DNA of 64,000 nucleotides, taken from NCBI GenBank assembly GCA_965112735.1, contig OZ218962.1, positions 2,356,001 to 2,420,000 of the forward strand, in the 5' to 3' direction. The notes under the pieces are model-generated. The model did no database searches and had not been told where the DNA came from. It saw only the letters and a list, made by a program, of their open reading frames with translations. The stretch is from Phaeosaccion multiseriatum. Lineage: Eukaryota; Protista; Ochrophyta, other classes. Below, in pieces: positions 1-12,192 of the stretch. The position numbers were made by a program, and so were the translations under genes. The stretch's first letter is position 1; every line of letters starts with the position of its first letter.

Positions 1-695
1 AGGGCAGGGAGTAAAGGTGCTCGCATTGTGGATGCCCCAGGCCGTCTACAATCACGCAGCTAGCTGTCCTCGTATTGTTGTTCACACGTTAATATACGTT
101 AATAGTGCCCACGAAGGTTGCTTCTTGAGTTGGGCGTGGGTGCGTGAGCGGGTGGTAACATTATATCAATGGGAGACTTTGCTCCCACCCCAAAGGAAGG
201 GAGAAGCTCTCTGGCGCACAAAGTAGGGTGTATGGAGGGAGCACTTACATAATTATCGCATAATCAAAAAAAAAAAAAGATGAGTGCCTTATTTGACATT
301 CCCTGTGGTACATTCTTTGGACGGGCCAAAAGGCCAAAAATTGTGCCTCGAGGGTTGGAGGAGTGTGATCGTGGGGTGGTTTGGTGTTGATGGTGCAGGA
401 CTCAGTGGAATAGTTTAGTTTCAGCTCAATCGGGGGAACGTTACTCAATCCTGCACGTTCACTCCCTACAAGGATGCTCTCAGTCGAAGTGTGTGACTGC
501 AGACGCGGCCGCACGACACCCTCTCTTTGGCCCTTGGCCAGTCCCGAGACGTGTCGCCGACGCTCTCTCTCCCTCTCTCTATCTCTATCTCCCTCTCTCT
601 CTCTCTCCCTCCCTCCCTCTCTCTCTATCTCTCTCTCTCTTGCTCTATCTCTCTCCCCCTCTCTGTGGCATACGCAAAAAGCAAGAGCAGTACGT

Positions 696-1943
696 TTACT
701 TGCACCAAGTGATGACAATCGCCCCATTCATCTTGGTGGCCATGATCGTGGTGCAGGAGCTGCCCTGAGGCACTACAGAGAAGCCGAGCAGACGCAGACT
801 CGCCGTGGCTGCGCGCACCATACAGGCAGCGAGGAGTTCGGTGTTCAAGAACCCTTTCGGACTCCGGAACGTCATGGTGTGGATCTGGGAACAGAACAGA
901 GCGTAGAACAAGAGGGTGGGTCAAGGCAAGGGAAGGAGGGTGAGAGGGGACGGTGAGGAGAGAAGCGAGACCGCCTTGGGGGGAGAAAGAGTGGCTCCGC
1001 CCATCGTCAAAGATTCTCACAATGCATACATCCATTGCGAGCTGCACCACACAACAACAACACGCTCTCTCGCTCCATTCGTTCCTACCATGAGCTCAAG
1101 CGGCGCCTGCATGCTCTGCGTGTCTCCGACTCGGATGATGGCAGCGACTTTCACAGTCGACTGGTTCACTGCAACCTTGCGAAGCTCGCTCTCGGTCGCA
1201 CCTCGGAGCCTCTTAGTCGGGCGGGGGGCGACGGAAGTGGCAGCAGACTCGCTGGGAGGGGGGCGCACCTGCGGCCCGTGGTGGTGGTGGTGGTGCTGCT
1301 GCTGCTGCTGCGCCACCTCCCTTCCACAGGCGCCTCCCTGTGGTGGCTCTTCCTGCTCGTCATTTACTACGGACACGGCCAGATGAGGAGAGTTCGGGAA
1401 AGGCTGGTCCTGCACCATGATGGACTGCCGGACTTGCGCAGTGGAAGGTTCCTCTCCTGTTGGGCCAGAGGGCAGGACGATGTGCACTTTGCGGCTGAAG
1501 AAAGAGGAGAGCTCGGTGCCAGAGGGCGTGAGTCCACTGGACTCACGGAGAAGGAGCTGTGTCCTCCATGTGGAGTGCCAGCTTGTGGGCTCCACGGTAG
1601 GATGGTCTCTGTACTTGTTGGTCCAAGCCTCCTTCCAAAGAGGGTGGTTAGGTTGGTTCCACGCCTGAGGAGTGAGGGAGGGAGGAAGGAAGGGAGAGAG
1701 GGAGGAGAGGAAGGAGAGGGGCTCGTCAGGAGACGGTTGGAAGGAAGGCAGGGTATCAGCAGCGAGAGAGCTTTGGCTGGGTAAGAGGGAAGTTGAGGTT
1801 GTTGAGAGGTTGAGAAAGGTTGAGAGAGGGAGGGAGGGAGGGATAGGGAGGGATAGGGAGGGAGAGGGAGAGAGGAGGGAAAGAGGAGGGGGGGGGGAGA
1901 GAGGTAGAGAGAGAGGCAAAGAAGGGAAGAGGGGGAGATGATC

Positions 1944-2030
<87 letters not shown>

Positions 2031-2225
2031 TGCAGCTGGCAGATGGGCACACGCACTTCGACGTACCGCACAGCTGGCGTTGACATGAAATAATGATGTT
2101 GCATCGAGGAAGCGCATGACCTCTCTCCAAAGCGTGGAGGGCAGCCGCGGGCAGTCGTTGGCATTCATGGTGGTCAACAAGCGGAGCTGGTGTGATGTGT
2201 GCTCCTCTCCTGAACCGGTAGTCAT
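696..2225 (-). CDS. F-box protein, copy A (3 exons: 2225-2067, 1664-1089, 884-696)
   Basis: Splicing GCG|GTACGT...CTCAG|GCG joins LPSTLWREVMRFLDATSLFHVNASCA to AWNQPNHPLWKEAW, a typical F-box pattern. A second intron ATG|GTAGGA...CCCAG|ATC is phase 0 and leads to IHTMTFRSPK...ITWCK*. Exons are conserved with copy B while introns diverge. Confidence 0.7.
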
Positions 2226-3402
2226 TCTGACCCGACGATAGACCCGTAGTTACACTGTACGTGGTCGAGAGCATCCTGCGGATGTGTGCAGGGAGAGGGG
2301 AGAGCAAGATGGAAGGCATATGTATATTACACTTATTACACAGATAAAGTTGGAACCTGCTGGAGGATCCAGGGAGCCTGAAACTGCATTCGAAACTGAA
2401 ACTCACGCATTCCGCCATGGAGCTGGTGCGCTAACTTCATTGGTAATACAATTCTCGGCAGACCCGGTATATATATATATATATATATTAATATTAATAT
2501 ATATATATTATATATACATGTCTGCAATTTGCGGTGTTGTGCTGAACTGGCCTGTCTATCTGTGCTCTAGCTACTATTGTGGGACCGCAGACAAGTCCCA
2601 GCCAAGTGGATCGACCCGGATCGGGGGTGAAGGGCGGAAGAGCTGGAAGGTTACACCATTCGTGACATGGTGTCCTGACTCAGTCATGCGGCGCTCCCTC
2701 TTCCTTCTCCTCCTCTTCTCGTCTTCTTCCTCGTCCTCTTCTTCCTCCTCGCCTTGAGGAAGAGGATGGGAGAGGAGGATGAGAGGATGTATGGAGACTG
2801 CCAGCAGCACACGTTCCGTTCAAGAGAGGGCAGGGAGTAAAGGTGCTCGCATTGGATGCCCCAGGCCGTCTCAACAATCATGCAGCTAACTATCCTCTCA
2901 TATTGTTTTTCACACATTAATATACGTTAATAGTGCCCACGAAGGTTCGTGAGTTGTGGGCGTGGGCGCGTGAGCGGGTGGTAACATTATATCAATGGGA
3001 GACTTTGCTCCCACCCCAAAGGAAGAAGGGAGAAGCTTTCGTTCTCTGATTAGTGCGCACAAAGAAGGGTGTATGGAGGGAGCACTTACATAATTATCGC
3101 ATAATTAAAAAAAAAAAGATGAGTGTGCCTTATTTGACATTCCCTATGGTACATTCTTTGGACGGGCCAAAGGCCAAAAATTGTGCCCCGAGGGTAGGAG
3201 GAGTGTGATAGTGGGGTGGTTTGTGTGGATGGTGCAGGACACAGTCGGACAGTTTAGTTTCAGCTCAATCGGGGGAACGTTACTCAATCCTGCATGTTCA
3301 CTCCCTTCAAGGATGCTCTCACAGTCGAAGTGTGTGACTGCAGACGCGGCCGCACGACACCCTCTCTTTGGCCCTTGGCCAGTCCCGAGACGTGTCACCG
3401 AC

Positions 3403-3471
<69 letters not shown>

Positions 3472-3526
3472 CTCTATCTCCCTCCCTCTCTCTCTGCGGC
3501 ATACGCAAAAAGCAAGAGCAGTACGT

Positions 3527-4959
3527 TTACTTGCACCAAGTGATGACAATCGCCCCATTCATCTTGGTGGCCATGATCGTGGTGCAGGAGCTGCCTTGAG
3601 GCACTACAGAGAAGCCGAGCAGCCGCAGACTTGCCATGGCTGCTCGCACCATACAGGCAGCGAGGAGTTCGGTGTCGAAGAAGCCTTTCGGACTCCGGAA
3701 CGTCATGGTGTGGATCTGGGAACAGAACAGAGTGTAGAACAAGAGGGTGGGTCAAGGCAAGGGAAGGAGGGTGAGAGGGGACGGTGAGGAGGAGAAGGGA
3801 GACCGGCTGGGGGGTGAAGAGTGGCTTCGCCCATCGTCAAAGTTTCTCACAATGCATACATCCATTGCGAGCTGCACCACACAACAACAACACGCTCTCT
3901 CGTTCCATTCGTTCCTACCTTGAGCTCAAGCGGTGCCTGCATGCTCTGCGTGTCTCCGACTCGGATGATGGCAGCGACTTTCACAGTCGACTGGTTCACT
4001 GCAACCTTGCGAAGCTCGCTCTCGATCGCTCCTCTGAGCCTCTTTGTCGGGAGGGGGGCGACGGAAGTGGCAGCAGACTCGCTGGGAGGGGGGCGCACCT
4101 GCGGCCCGTGGTGGTGGTGGTGGTGGTGGTGCTGCTGCTGCTGCGCCACCTCCCTTCCACAGGCGCCTCCCTGTGGTGGCTCTTCCTGCTCGTCATTTAC
4201 TACGGACACGGCCAGATGAGGAGAGTTCGGGAAAGGCTGGTCCTGCACCATGATGGACTGCCGGACTTGCGCAGTGGAAGGTTCCTCTCCTGTTGGGCCC
4301 GAGGGCAGGACGATGTGCACTTTGCGGCTGAAGAAAGAGGAGAGCTCGGTGCCAGAGGGCGTGAGTCCACTGGACTCACGGAGAAGGAGCTGTGTCCTCC
4401 ATGTGGAGTGCCAGCTTGTGGGCTCCACGGTAGGATGGTCTCTGTACTTGTTGGTCCAAGCCTCCTTCCAAAGAGGGTGGTTAGGTTGGTTCCACGCCTG
4501 AGGAGTGAGGGAGGGAGGAAGGAAGGGAGAAAGGGAGGAGAGGAAGGAGAGGGGCTCGTCAGGAGAAGGTTGGAGGGAAGGCAGGGTATTAGCAGCGAGG
4601 AGAGAGAGCTTTGGCTGGGTAAGAGGAAGGTTGAGGTTGTTGAGAGGTTGAGAAAGGTTGAGAGAGAGAGGGAGGGAGGAGGGATAGGGAGGGATAGGGA
4701 GAGAGAGGGAGAGAGAGGGAACGAGGAGGGAGAGAGAGGCAGAGCGAGGGAAGGAGGAGAGAGAGAGAGAGAGAGAGCCTGGGAGCGCACTTGGACGTAC
4801 CGCACAGCTGGCGTTGACATGAAATAATGATCTTGCATCGAGGAAGCGCATGACCTCTCTCCAAAGCGTGGAGGGCAGCCGCGGGCAGTCGTTGGCATTC
4901 ATGATGGTCAACAAGCGGAGGTGGTGTGATGTGTGCTCCTCTCCTGAACCGGTAGTCAT
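3527..4959 (-). CDS. F-box protein, copy B (3 exons: 4959-4801, 4497-3919, 3715-3527)
   Basis: Near-identical paralog of copy A (LPSTLWREVMRFLDARSLFHVNASCA|AWNQPNHPLWKEAW). Same splice positions, with an AAG|GTAGGA donor. Confidence 0.7.
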
Positions 4960-5376
4960 TCTGACCCGACGATAGACCCGTCTTTACACTGTACGTGGTC
5001 GAGAGCATCCTGCGGATGTGTGCAGGGAGAGGGGAGAGAAAGTTGGAAGGCATATGTATAAATAATAAAAGGCGGGCCGAAGTGCAGTGGAAATTGAAAC
5101 TCACGCATTCCGTGGAATGGAGCGGCCGCGACCGGGCGCGGCAACTTCATTGGACCCGACAAGCAAGGGTACTTGCGACAAGGACACTCCAACTAAACTG
5201 AAACCTCTCAATCTCATTCCACAGATCAGTGCCCCAGCATGCTCAGTACGGTCCGTAGGCCCAGTATCCCCAGCATGCCCAGTAGTGCGTGTGTGCGTGT
5301 GTGCGCGTGTCCTTTTGTTGTGTGCACGTTGCTTGTGGAGGATGTCAACCCATGACGCGCTAATGAGCTATCGTTC

Positions 5377-5527
5377 GCCCCCTGACGTGCTACCGAGCGA
5401 TTCTCGGTAGGAGGCCCGGTAGCATGCTACTGGCAGCCGGCCGGTAGCAGGTAGCAGCTACCCCTAACCCTCCGCTGGCGGTGATGGTTGGCCGGCCGGC
5501 CGGTACCAGGTAGCAGGTAGCAAGGGG
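5377..5527. mobile_element. Degenerate MITE-like element (GGTAGCA heptamers)
   Basis: Left end gccccctgacgtgctacc and right end ggtagcaagggg form an imperfect inverted repeat. About 5-6 GGTAGCA units. Not seen in the copy A spacer. Confidence 0.4.
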
Positions 5528-5759
5528 AGAAAGAGGAAGGGGGGGGAGGAAAAGGCGGATCACCCCCCCACATAGTCCTGTTTGCTGCTCTTCCACTTGG
5601 CTTACTCCACCCATCTACGGTGCCTCGTGTCATGCCTGCAATGTGCGGTGTTGTGCTGAAATGTCCTGTCCTGGCTATGTGCTCTGTTGTAGGATCGCAG
5701 ACAACGCATGGAAGCTGGTGACGAGCGAAGGCGGGACAGCTGGACGGTTACACGATTCC

Positions 5760-6001
5760 CTCCTCCTCCTCCTCCTCCTCCTCCTCCTCCTCCTCCTCCT
5801 CCTCCTCCTCCTCCTCCTCCTCCTCCTCCTCCTCCTCCTCCTCCTCCTCCTCCTCCTCCTCCTCCTCCTCCTCCTCCTCCTCCTCCTCCTCCTCCTCCTC
5901 CTCCTCCTCCTCCTCCTCCTCCTCCTCCTCCTCCTCCTCCTCCTCCTCCTCCTCCTCCTCCTCCTCCTCCTCCTCCTCCTCCTCCTCCTCCTCCTCCTCC
6001 T
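5760..6001. repeat. (CCT)n microsatellite, ~80 units
   Basis: Pure trinucleotide run. The paralogous site in copy A (~2697-2750) is a short imperfect CT-rich tract. Confidence 0.95.
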
Positions 6002-6053
6002 CTTCGCCTTGAGGAAGAGGATGAGAGGATGTAGGGAGACAGTACATCAGCCC

Positions 6054-6170
6054 CAGGCATGGTTTCTCTGGCTTCTGGCTTCTTGGCTGTAGGGCTGGGC
6101 TGGCTTCTCGGCTTTCGGCCGCAGGCCGCCTCTGGCTTCTGGCTACCAGGGGGCAGAGAAACCATGCCTA
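6054..6170. mobile_element. 117-bp MITE with 16-bp perfect TIRs and 5-bp TSD (AGCCC)
   Basis: aggcatggtttctctg (6055-6070) pairs with cagagaaaccatgcct (6154-6169). AGCCC lies at 6049-6053 and 6171-6175. Absent at the paralogous position (~2800) of copy A. Internal GGCTTCT repeats. Confidence 0.75.
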
Positions 6171-6558
6171 AGCCCTTCTCTTTCCCTTGCTTCTCGAGGG
6201 AAGAGAGGTAGTCGCATTGGATGCCCCAGGCCGTTTCAACAATCATGTAGTTAACTATCCTCTTGATGTTGTTCGTCACGCATCAATATACGTTAATAGT
6301 ACCCATGAAGGTTTAAGTGGGGGTAATAGGGGGGGGGGGGGGGTGGGAGTCGTGAGTTTGGTGTGGGCGCGTGAGTGGGCGGAAACACTATTATGTCAAT
6401 GGGATACTTTGCCGCCTCCCCCTCATGAGAGAGAGAGAGGAAGGGGGAAGAAAGACAGAGAGAGCAATAAACGCCCAAGGACCATGTGAGGGAAGAAGCG
6501 GCGAAAGAGGAGGGCAATTGAGCCCCAGGGCCAGGTGGCGAGACTTGGATTGAGTAAC

Positions 6559-9500
6559 ATGATGGGTGAGGAGGAAGGCGTTTACTCGCGAAGAAAGCAG
6601 CGACGAGGGGTGGGGAATAAGCTCCCGGAAAAAGGGGGGGAAGGAGGAGGGGGAGGAAATGAGGAAGAGGAGGAACTGGCAACTCTGGAAGGGGCGAGGA
6701 GTGACGATGACACTCCGTCCCAGCCTTCTCAGCAGCAGCAGGCGGAAGAGGGGAAGCAGAAAGAGGAGGTGCAACAGAAGGAGGAGGTTGGTGTCAGGAA
6801 GAAGTCCCAGGCTGGAGGGGGGGGAGGCATTGAAGAGGAAGTCTCAACTTTGGAAGGGGAGACAAGGAATGACGGCACGCCGCCCCAGTCTTCTACGACC
6901 CCACAGCAGCAGCAGCAGCAGCAGCAGGAGGGGGAGGAGAAGGAGGAGGAGCAGGAACAGAAACAGGAGGTGGAAGATAGGTAATGCCAAGACCCACAGG
7001 GACTAAATACACAACAGGGTTGGAAGGAGTGAACAGAAACAGGAGGTGGAACAGAAACAGGAGGTGGAAGATAGGTAATGCCAAGACCCACAGGGACTAA
7101 ATACACAACAGGGTTGGAAGGAGTGGAGTAGAGGAGAGGGGATGGTTTACGTTCGTGTTCGGCTTCGTGGACCTTGAAAAGAGAACCTTTAATCACGCTC
7201 CATCTGATCACCCCTCTTCCCCCGCCCCCTCCCCCCTTTTTGCTGTTCTTTTGTGTTTTGTATGCATCCATCCATCCATCCATCCATCCATCCATCCATC
7301 CATCCATCCATCCATCCATCCATCCATCCATCCATCCATCCATTCATTCATCCATCCATCCATCCATCCTTCCGTGTGTTTGGAAACAGCAGCGATGCGC
7401 CAGCAGCTGTCGTCGTTAATGACCCTCCAGCAGAAAGAGGCGACGACTCACAGGAGGGGACCTCACAGGGACTCGGAGACCTGAACAAAATAGAACGTGC
7501 TACAGGTCTGGCGACGACTCTCAAGGTGGCGGTGGAGTCAAACAATAGCAAGAAGATGGTCAAGACGTTACGGCGGTTTCAAAGCATGGAAATGACGTAC
7601 GAGATGATACGGGGGTGTGGGGCCGGCAGGGTCGTGAATGGTCTGAGGAGGCACGAGGATGCTGAGGTGCAGCGGTTGGCCAAGGCGATCCGCGAAGAGT
7701 GGAAGGCAGTGGTGGATGCGTTCAATGCCGCCGCTGCGACTGCTGCTGCTGCTACTGCTGCTACTACTGCTGCTACTGCTGCTACTGCTTCCACTCCTCT
7801 TCCAGCTGCAGCTGCGGGAATCGCTACGGGAAAGGAGGACACCAAACAGAAGAGGGTCAAGAAGGACAACGACGACGACGAGGAGGAGGAGGAGGAGGAG
7901 GAGAAGCGGCAACAGGAGGAGCCGGAGGCGGAGGTTGTTGGTCAGTCTCAATTGGAGGATACAAAACCAAAGAAGGACAAGGCGTTCAAAGAGGAGGGGG
8001 GGGAGCAGCAGCAGAAAGAGGAGGAGGAGGAGGAGGAGGAGAAGGAGGAGGAGGAGGAGCGGCAGCAGCAGAAGGAGGAGAAGCAACAGGAGGAGCAGCA
8101 GGAGGAGCAGCAGTTGGTGATACAGCAGGAGGAGATACAACACGAGGAGGATCTTCAGTTCCAAGGAGGGTACCAACGGAGGGAAGGGGTCGGGGGTAAG
8201 CTCCAGGAAGAAGGGCGAGGGGGAAGTGAGGAGGAGGAGGAGGAGGAGGAGGTATCAACTCTGGAAGAGGAGAAGATTTATGATCCCACTCCGTCCCAGC
8301 CTCCTAACCCACAGCAGGAGCAGCAAGAGGAGCAGGTGGAGCAGGAGGACCAGCTGTTGGTGATACAGCCGTTGGTGATGCAGCAGGGCCGGGAACAACA
8401 GGAAAAGCAGGAAGGGGAGGCGCTTCAGTCACAAGGAGATAAGGCAGGGGGAGGAGGAGGAGGTCGAGGAGGAGGAGGAGGAGGAGGAGGAAGAGGAAGA
8501 AGAAGAGGAGGAGGAGGAGGAGGAGGAGGAGGAGGAGGAGGAGGGGGAGGAGGAGGAGGAGGAGGAGGAGGAGGAGGAGGAAACGCGGTCGAAGAGGGGG
8601 AGAAATTGGAGCCAGCAGAGCAGCAAGAGCAGCAGGAGGAGAGGAAGGAGGACCAGCAGCAGCAAAAGGCCGAGGAAGAAGGGGAGGACCGGCAGAAGGG
8701 GGACCAGCAGGAGGAGGAGCAACAAAAGGCGGAAGAAGAAGGGGAGGAGCGACAGAAGGAGGACCAGCAGGAGGAGGAGCAACAACAAGAGGAGGAGCAG
8801 CAGCAGTTGGAGCTACATCAGCGTGAGGTGCAGGAGGAGGAGGAGGGGGGGGAGGAGCAGCAACCGAGGGAATGGGCTGGGAATACACCCCGGGAAGGAG
8901 GGGGAGAAGCAAGAGGGGAAGGAGGAGGAAGGGGAGGCGGAGGAGGAGGGGAGGAGGAGGGAGGAGAGGAGGAAGAGGTTTCATCTTTGGAGAGGGGAAG
9001 GGGAAGGGCTGGCGAAGAGACTCCGCCCCAGCCTTCGCAACAGCAGCAGCAGCAGCAGGAGGAGGGGGAGCAGGAGGAGCAGGAGCAGGAGCAGCAGCAG
9101 CAGGAGCAGCAGCAGCAGGAGGAGAAAAAGGAGGAGGAGGAGGAGGAGGAGCAGCAGCAGCAGCAGGAGCAACAGCAGCAGCAGCAGCAGCAGGAGGAGG
9201 AGGAGGAGCAGGAGGAGCAGCAGCTTGGGGTACAGCAGGAGGAGGATGTTCAACCGCAAGGAGGGCAGAGCGTATGGAGGGGAGAAGGAGGACATGAGGA
9301 GAAGGAGAGGGGAAAGGGGGGAAAGGGGGAGGAGGGGGAGGTCTCATCCGGAGCTCTTCCTCCTCCTACCTCTCCTACAACGTGTGCCCTGTCCACAGAA
9401 GAGGGACAGGAGGATGTGAACGGAGAGCAAGTCGGTGGGGTGGTGGTGATGCCGGTAGTCACATCTGTGGTGGCGGCACGAGAGTCAGAGTCTCCTCCTT

Positions 9501-12192
9501 CTCTCATTCCCTCGCCTGAGCCCTGGTCTCCTATGGTACCCGCTGCTCCATCCTCTCTCTCCCCCTCTCTTCCGAGCCACCCCTCCTCTCCAGGGGAGAA
9601 TGGCCGCCCCTCCTCTTCGCCAAGGGATAAGCTGCAGCAGAGAGCAGAGGAGACTACAGAAGACGTCAAGCGAGAGGTCCAGGAGCAGTCAGAAGATGTC
9701 ACGCAAGAAGTCCAGCAGCAGAGCATTGACCTTGATCTGCCCCATCAGCTGAGCCCATCACCAGCTGCTGGTGCTGCTGTACCACCAACTGCTGGTGCTG
9801 CTGTATCACCAACTGCTGGTGTGGATGGGGCTGGGGCGAGTGCAGCAGCTGCTACTGGTGGGGGTGCTGCTGGTGCGGTTGGTGCTTCGGCCAAGGGGGA
9901 GGGACTGACGGTGAGCGAGGCGAGATGAGGCGGGGTGAAGTGGCTACACACATGGGGGAGGAGAATGACGTGGGGGAGAGTAGAGGAGAAGAGGGGAATG
10001 ATGCAAAGGGGAGGAGAGGAGTAGGAGATGAGAGGGGAGGAAAAAGCATGTCGAAGTACCCCATCCTCCCCCCCCCCCCTCCCCTCCCTTCCCCTACCAT
10101 GTACACTCTCTCACTCCCTCCGTTCATCCCTCCTTCCCCTCCCCTCCCCTCCCCTCCCCTCCCGTTTCCTCCCCCATACATTCACTCCCTCTCTCCCTCT
10201 CTCCTTCCCTCTCTCCCCGGTGTCTCCCCCTCCCTTCCTTCCCATGTCCTCTTACCCTGCCCTGTTCTGTTTATTCCCTCCCTCCCCTCCCTCCCTCGCT
10301 CCTGTGTCCAATGTGCGGGGTGGATGGCAGTGGAAGGCATTGCGCTCGAGGTTTTCGTCCACCACCACCCCTTCCCCCAAGGGGGCCGCCTCCCCCGGCG
10401 GGCTCGCCTCCCCCGGTGGGGGGGCATCGCCGCCGAATAGTAGAGGTACGCCACGAGGAGGAGGAGGAGGAGGAGGAGGAGGAGGAGGAGGAGGAGGAGG
10501 AGGAGGAGGAGGAGGAGCACAAGACAGGAGAGGGAGTGATGGCAATGTACGGGCTACTCCTGCTATCACTTATTCTTTTCTTATCTTATCTTATACTTAA
10601 GTTGAAGCTTTCCTCTTTCCGTATCCATCTGTATCTACCAACAGGGAGCGGAGCTCGATTCTTCAGGTCGGGCTCCTCGATTTCGAGCCCCGGATTGGGC
10701 AAGGGCTTTCTGGAGGCGTTCAGCTTGGGTAATACAGAGCCACCCCCAGCTCCGCGTGGTTGGGGTGGTGACTCCCAACCTACAACTGCTGCGACTACTC
10801 CTACTGTGGCTATTGCTGTACCACCAACTGCTGCTGCTGCCGCGGCTGCAGGCATGGAGAAGGAAGCCAGCAATACACGTGTGTCTACCTCGGCGCTCCG
10901 GAGGCGTGGGTCTCCGCGGAGGGACGTCTCCACCTCCCGAGAGGAGGCACAGGAGGAGGAAGGAGAGGCGGAAGAGGGGCGCAAGGGCAAGGACCAAGTT
11001 CGAAGTGGCCATAGTGCTGGCGGCGGTGGTGGGAGCCTCGTTGGTACCGTGTCTACTCCATCGGTGAGATGGAGGGAGGGAAGGGAGGGTATTATACCCT
11101 ATGTCCCGTACATACCCTATTTTTCATCCATCTTCCATACCCTACACCCTATACCCTACACCCCACACTCTTACGCCCCATACCTACCCTGCACTCCCCT
11201 ACACCCGATACCCCATACTCTTACAACCCATGCCCTACACTCCCATGAATACACTTGCATCCCATAGCCTACACTCCCATGCACTTACACCCGATACCCC
11301 CTAACCCTAAACCCATACCCTGTTATATACCCCATACTCTTACAACCCATACCCTACACTCCCATAAATACACTTGCATCCCATAGCCTACACTCCCATG
11401 CACTTACACCCGATACCCCCTAACCCTAAACCCATACCCTGTTATATACCCCATACTCTTACAACCCATACCCTACACTCCCATAAATACACTTGCATCC
11501 CATAGCCTACACTCCCATGCACTTACACCCGATACCCCCTAACCCTAAACCCATACCCTGTTATATACCCCATACTCTTACAACCCATACCCTACACTCC
11601 CATAAATGCACTTGCATCCCATAGCCTACACCCCCATGCACTTACACCCGATACCCCCTAACCCTAAACCCATACCCTGTTATATACCCCATACTCTTTC
11701 AACCCATACCCATACTCCTTGCCTCATACCCTACACTCCTTCATCCATAGGCTTGGAAGGCCCTGCGGTCGTCCTTTAACAAGAATATGGTCAAGTCTGG
11801 CGCTGATCTCGAGAGGTTCACGAAGGCCACTCGGAAAGGTGAGTGGAAGGAGGGGAGGGACAAATGGAGGGAGGGGGGGAGGGAGAGTGAGAGGGAGAGA
11901 GAGAGACAGCAGAGGGAGATGGAGAGAGAGCGAGGGCGAGGGCGACAGGAAGAAGGGAGGGAGGGAGGGAGGAAGGAAGGAAGGAAGGGAGGGTAGGGCT
12001 TTCCCCTCGTACACTCACAGCTCGCTCCAACGCTGGACTCTGTTTTGTGTGTTCGTCTGTGCGTGGAACTACTCGTCCACCTCATCCACAGGCGTCGCCA
12101 GGGCCACGCAGGACTTGAAGCAGGCGATGGCGTCCATCGTGCCTGTACCCCCTTCTCGGACCTCGCCCAGGCTCAGGGACAGAGACAAGTGA
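6559..12192 (+). CDS. Large Glu/Gln/Gly-rich protein with TFIIS N-terminal (Med26/LW-type) domain; exons approx. 6559-6980, 7390-9910, 10331-~10545, 10645-11063, 11751-11838, 12091-12192
   Basis: [65 protein letters not shown] (~7515-7715) matches the TFIIS-N signature. Intron 1 phases are compatible (AG|GTAATG...AACAG|C). The downstream exon joins are less certain. Confidence 0.7.
11211..11710. repeat. Intronic minisatellite, 119-bp unit, ~4.2 copies
   Basis: ccccatactct recurs at 11211, 11330, 11449, 11568 and 11687. Each full unit contains ccctaaccctaaaccc. Confidence 0.92.

Larger units (their letters stand above)
1..6420. repeat. Tandem segmental duplication (~2826 bp period) carrying the F-box gene; third partial copy of the spacer at ~6213-6420
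   Basis: Position 1 (agggcagggagtaaaggtgctcgcatt) recurs at 2827, and in diverged form at ~6213. 2515-2800 is homologous to 5630-6040. Confidence 0.92.

Noticed and set aside
696-1180. TBP-like resemblance in the F-box protein C-terminus (LAACMVRAATASLRLLGF)
   Set aside because: Only a vague helix-LGF similarity, and the diagnostic TBP motifs are absent. It would need HHpred support.
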